The notes under the pieces: model-generated | What the model was told of the DNA's origin: nothing | The model's database searches: none | The model's input: the letters and a program-made list of their open reading frames with translations, nothing else | Translations under genes and position numbers: made by a program | Shown here: piece by piece, positions 61,316-64,000 of the stretch | Layout: the number at the start of each line of letters is the position of its first letter | Position numbering within the stretch: the first letter of the stretch is position 1 | Source: Laetmonice hystrix | Taxonomy: Eukaryota | Reading direction: 5' to 3' | Assembly (NCBI GenBank): GCA_965235115.1 | Contig: OZ249440.1 | Span: 7,440,001-7,504,000 of the forward strand | DNA: 64,000 nt

Positions 61316-63349
61316 GATTACATGAAAAGAAATTTAATTCCCTTCAGATGTATACGAGTTTCCTGAAACGGAGGACAAAGTGCTTTGTTCATGTTGAAAT
61401 ACCGGTACATGTACACTGTATGTGGAATAATATTCACCTTTGCTGTAAAAATTTAAAAAATTATTTCTGCTGGTAATAAAGCTAACAATGAAACAAACAT
61501 TTTTTAATATTTACATTTATTTTTTCATGAAAATCACTGGTGGCGGTGTGTACCTGCAGTAGAATAAGTCTCTTAACACTAGGAGTAAACATGTACCACC
61601 TGCTTGCTGTTGTCATTCCAACAGGCCTGAGACACCCACTCACAATGTAACAATTTCAATTTCACGGTGAAAAAAATGTTCTGTGCTCATTGTTTGGTAT
61701 TCCCTGTCCTACGATAGCTGTGTTTAACCAGCAATAAATATGGATCTCAGGATGACTAAAGCGGAATTATTTTTAAAAAACCCGTTATATGTAGAAATTT
61801 TGTGATCGCTTTAAAATATACTTCAAAACACGGTAGGCTGATAGTGCTTTTGCAAACCTGGCTCTATACCGCTATACAATGTATATTGTAAAACTGTCAC
61901 AGATCATAATATGTCAGACTGATGTCAAACAAAGATATTCGTGGTTGATACATGTATCTAAGGTAACCAAGCTGGTAACCCAGTGTTTTCTACAATAAGA
62001 CGATTGGTATGATGTCCAGTCAGGCACTGAATAACTGGAAATTTGAACGTACAATTCATTTAATATATAAAATCAAAGAACCATAAGACAAGGGGGTCCT
62101 GCTAACCCTGGAGCTTAATTAATTAAGACTGATAAAACGGGCCAAGACCAGACATAATGCCGTCTGCCACACACATATATATAGAGAAATAACCATGAAA
62201 ACAACCAATCAGGACGTTGTCAATTCTAGTCAAGATGTGCCCCCTTCCATGAATCATTTGCCACTGGAGTATTCATGTATATAGCTCCGGAGCAAGCAGG
62301 TAAGACACGTATTGGGGACTACCGTACCAATCATTGATCATAAATAATCATAACTACACGTATAGGCGTGAACCTCACAATACAATGGGTTTCACGTTAT
62401 TCACACCAGGGGGCAGCACATCACATCACCTAATTCAAGTAGCAACTACTAAAGAATACTTTTCTGTACATTTACGATATACATAAGACTTTAGTTCTCT
62501 GCATGCCCCATATAACTGTCTTTGTAAGGATTGTCAAAATTTCAGCCAACCAAAAAGTTGGTTCCAGGGCAACAGCACAACATTCTTGGCCCAATATGAT
62601 GCAGTCATGTAGCACACTTGCCACGACTGTACACTCAACAATAAACGTTCACTCGTGTTGGCAAGGCCACATGTGGTCTCAACACCCCAGAACACCTAAA
62701 CTGAACCTCAAAGGTTACCACAAACCGAGCTCTTCACGATGATCCTTGACCTAAAACATTGGCAACGTAGAACTGCACTCAATATATTCCAGGCCCAACA
62801 CAACAGCTATTTGTGGAACGGTCAGGGAGTGTTTCCCAGTTGGTAATAAGTTTCACAACAACAAGCACTCTATTTCACCCACATCACGACGTGGAAGAAA
62901 TGGTAAATATTACTAAATCATTAACATTGATGATGCCAGATTTAGATAACTTAAACAGAAGAATATGCAACTGCATATGAAAGAATAAGAGCACATGGCC
63001 ACTATGAGCCAAACACACGGTACTCTGGCTTGACCAGCAACTCGTGGTAATAAGTGCATTTCACAGGACTGACTGCACTTTCCAACATAGCAATATGTTA
63101 TCTGAAAGCTCAGTTAGACATCATTCTGTTATGTTTCATCATCAGCATCAGTCAGGGGCTACGGATAGCACCCAGAAATAAAGGTCAAAGCTTCCACAGG
63201 CCAAGGTATATTCCTAGAGATATATTCGTCCAATTGGCCAACGCAGGCCCATGTACCATGTCCCTAACTTTAAAATAGTCCGGCTGCTTAAATCTCGACA
63301 ACACAAATAAAGCTTTGTGACCTTTTTTTACACCATTGACTGACTTACC

Positions 63350-63553
63350 ATGATTTTTGGCGCTAATCTTGAATTAAGAAGTGAAAGATGCCCATCGTCC
63401 GTTTTTCTTCTTGTGAGGATGGTTGGATTTATGGATATTTACAAGGAGAATAGTGTTCAACATGTTCACAGATTCCATACGATGGATTCTATTGTACAAA
63501 TTTCTATTCTGGTCCTGGGTCTACCGGGGTAGGAAAGGTCCTCCGGGGTAAAT
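63350..63553 (-). other. Possible exon of a downstream minus-strand gene
   Basis: TTTCTGGCCTTAG acceptor and ATG|GTAAGT donor; all three frames hit a stop, so it is at best a terminal coding or UTR exon. Confidence 0.25.
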
Positions 63554-64000
63554 CTAAGGCCAGAAACACTGAAATACTTAACATCTCTTCAGGAAAGAGT
63601 AAATGCACAGACTCCTTTCCCTAGCCCACTAATACAATCAGAACAAGGCAGGAGTGTACCGTTCATTAACACTGATCACACATTGGCAATCTAGGAGGCC
63701 TTGCAGGGTTGATAAAGTCTGTCTACATTTACCCATATACAGAACATCATTACTAGGTTAAAGTGGCCACAGCCAATGCCCACCTTATGCAACCATCATA
63801 CTCCTCATCCTTCAACCAAAAAGTACATTGATCAATTGACTCACTTCTTCATCACCTAAACTCACAAGTTGATACCCTCTTATCAAACTATCAGTATCAA
63901 TATTTGAAAGTGCACGTTCACACAAAAGAAAACCACCTTTCACACATATATGCACCAATAAAAATTTTGATGTAGAATATTCATTTTTGATGATAATGAA

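Overview
Eukaryotic (animal) genomic DNA with spliced genes and dense repeats. The gene set and abundant TAGGCCTA motifs suggest an invertebrate deuterostome such as an echinoderm (inference). No rRNA, tRNA or CRISPR is supportable. Left third (1-22 kb) is repeat-dominated: several MITEs and an 11.35-kb CACTA/EnSpm-type element (8481-19837). That element carries a spliced SAMD3-like accessory ORF, a 57-bp minisatellite, a 1.8-kb G-rich satellite and a nested, internally deleted Ty3/Gypsy element that keeps only RNase H-integrase between two near-identical 971-bp direct repeats. Right two thirds hold a gene cluster: two tandem, divergent KIAA1191/p33MONOX-like genes (-), ARL10/ARL9-like GTPase (+, with a GC-AG intron), HIGD2A-like (-), BNIP1/SEC20 (+) and FAHD1 (+). 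There are two bidirectional promoters and an apparently exact 1.75-kb tandem duplication between ARL10 and HIGD2A. The KIAA1191-ARL10-HIGD2A(-BNIP1) linkage mirrors human 5q35. Family assignments rest on motif recognition and recalled sequences, not on database searches.
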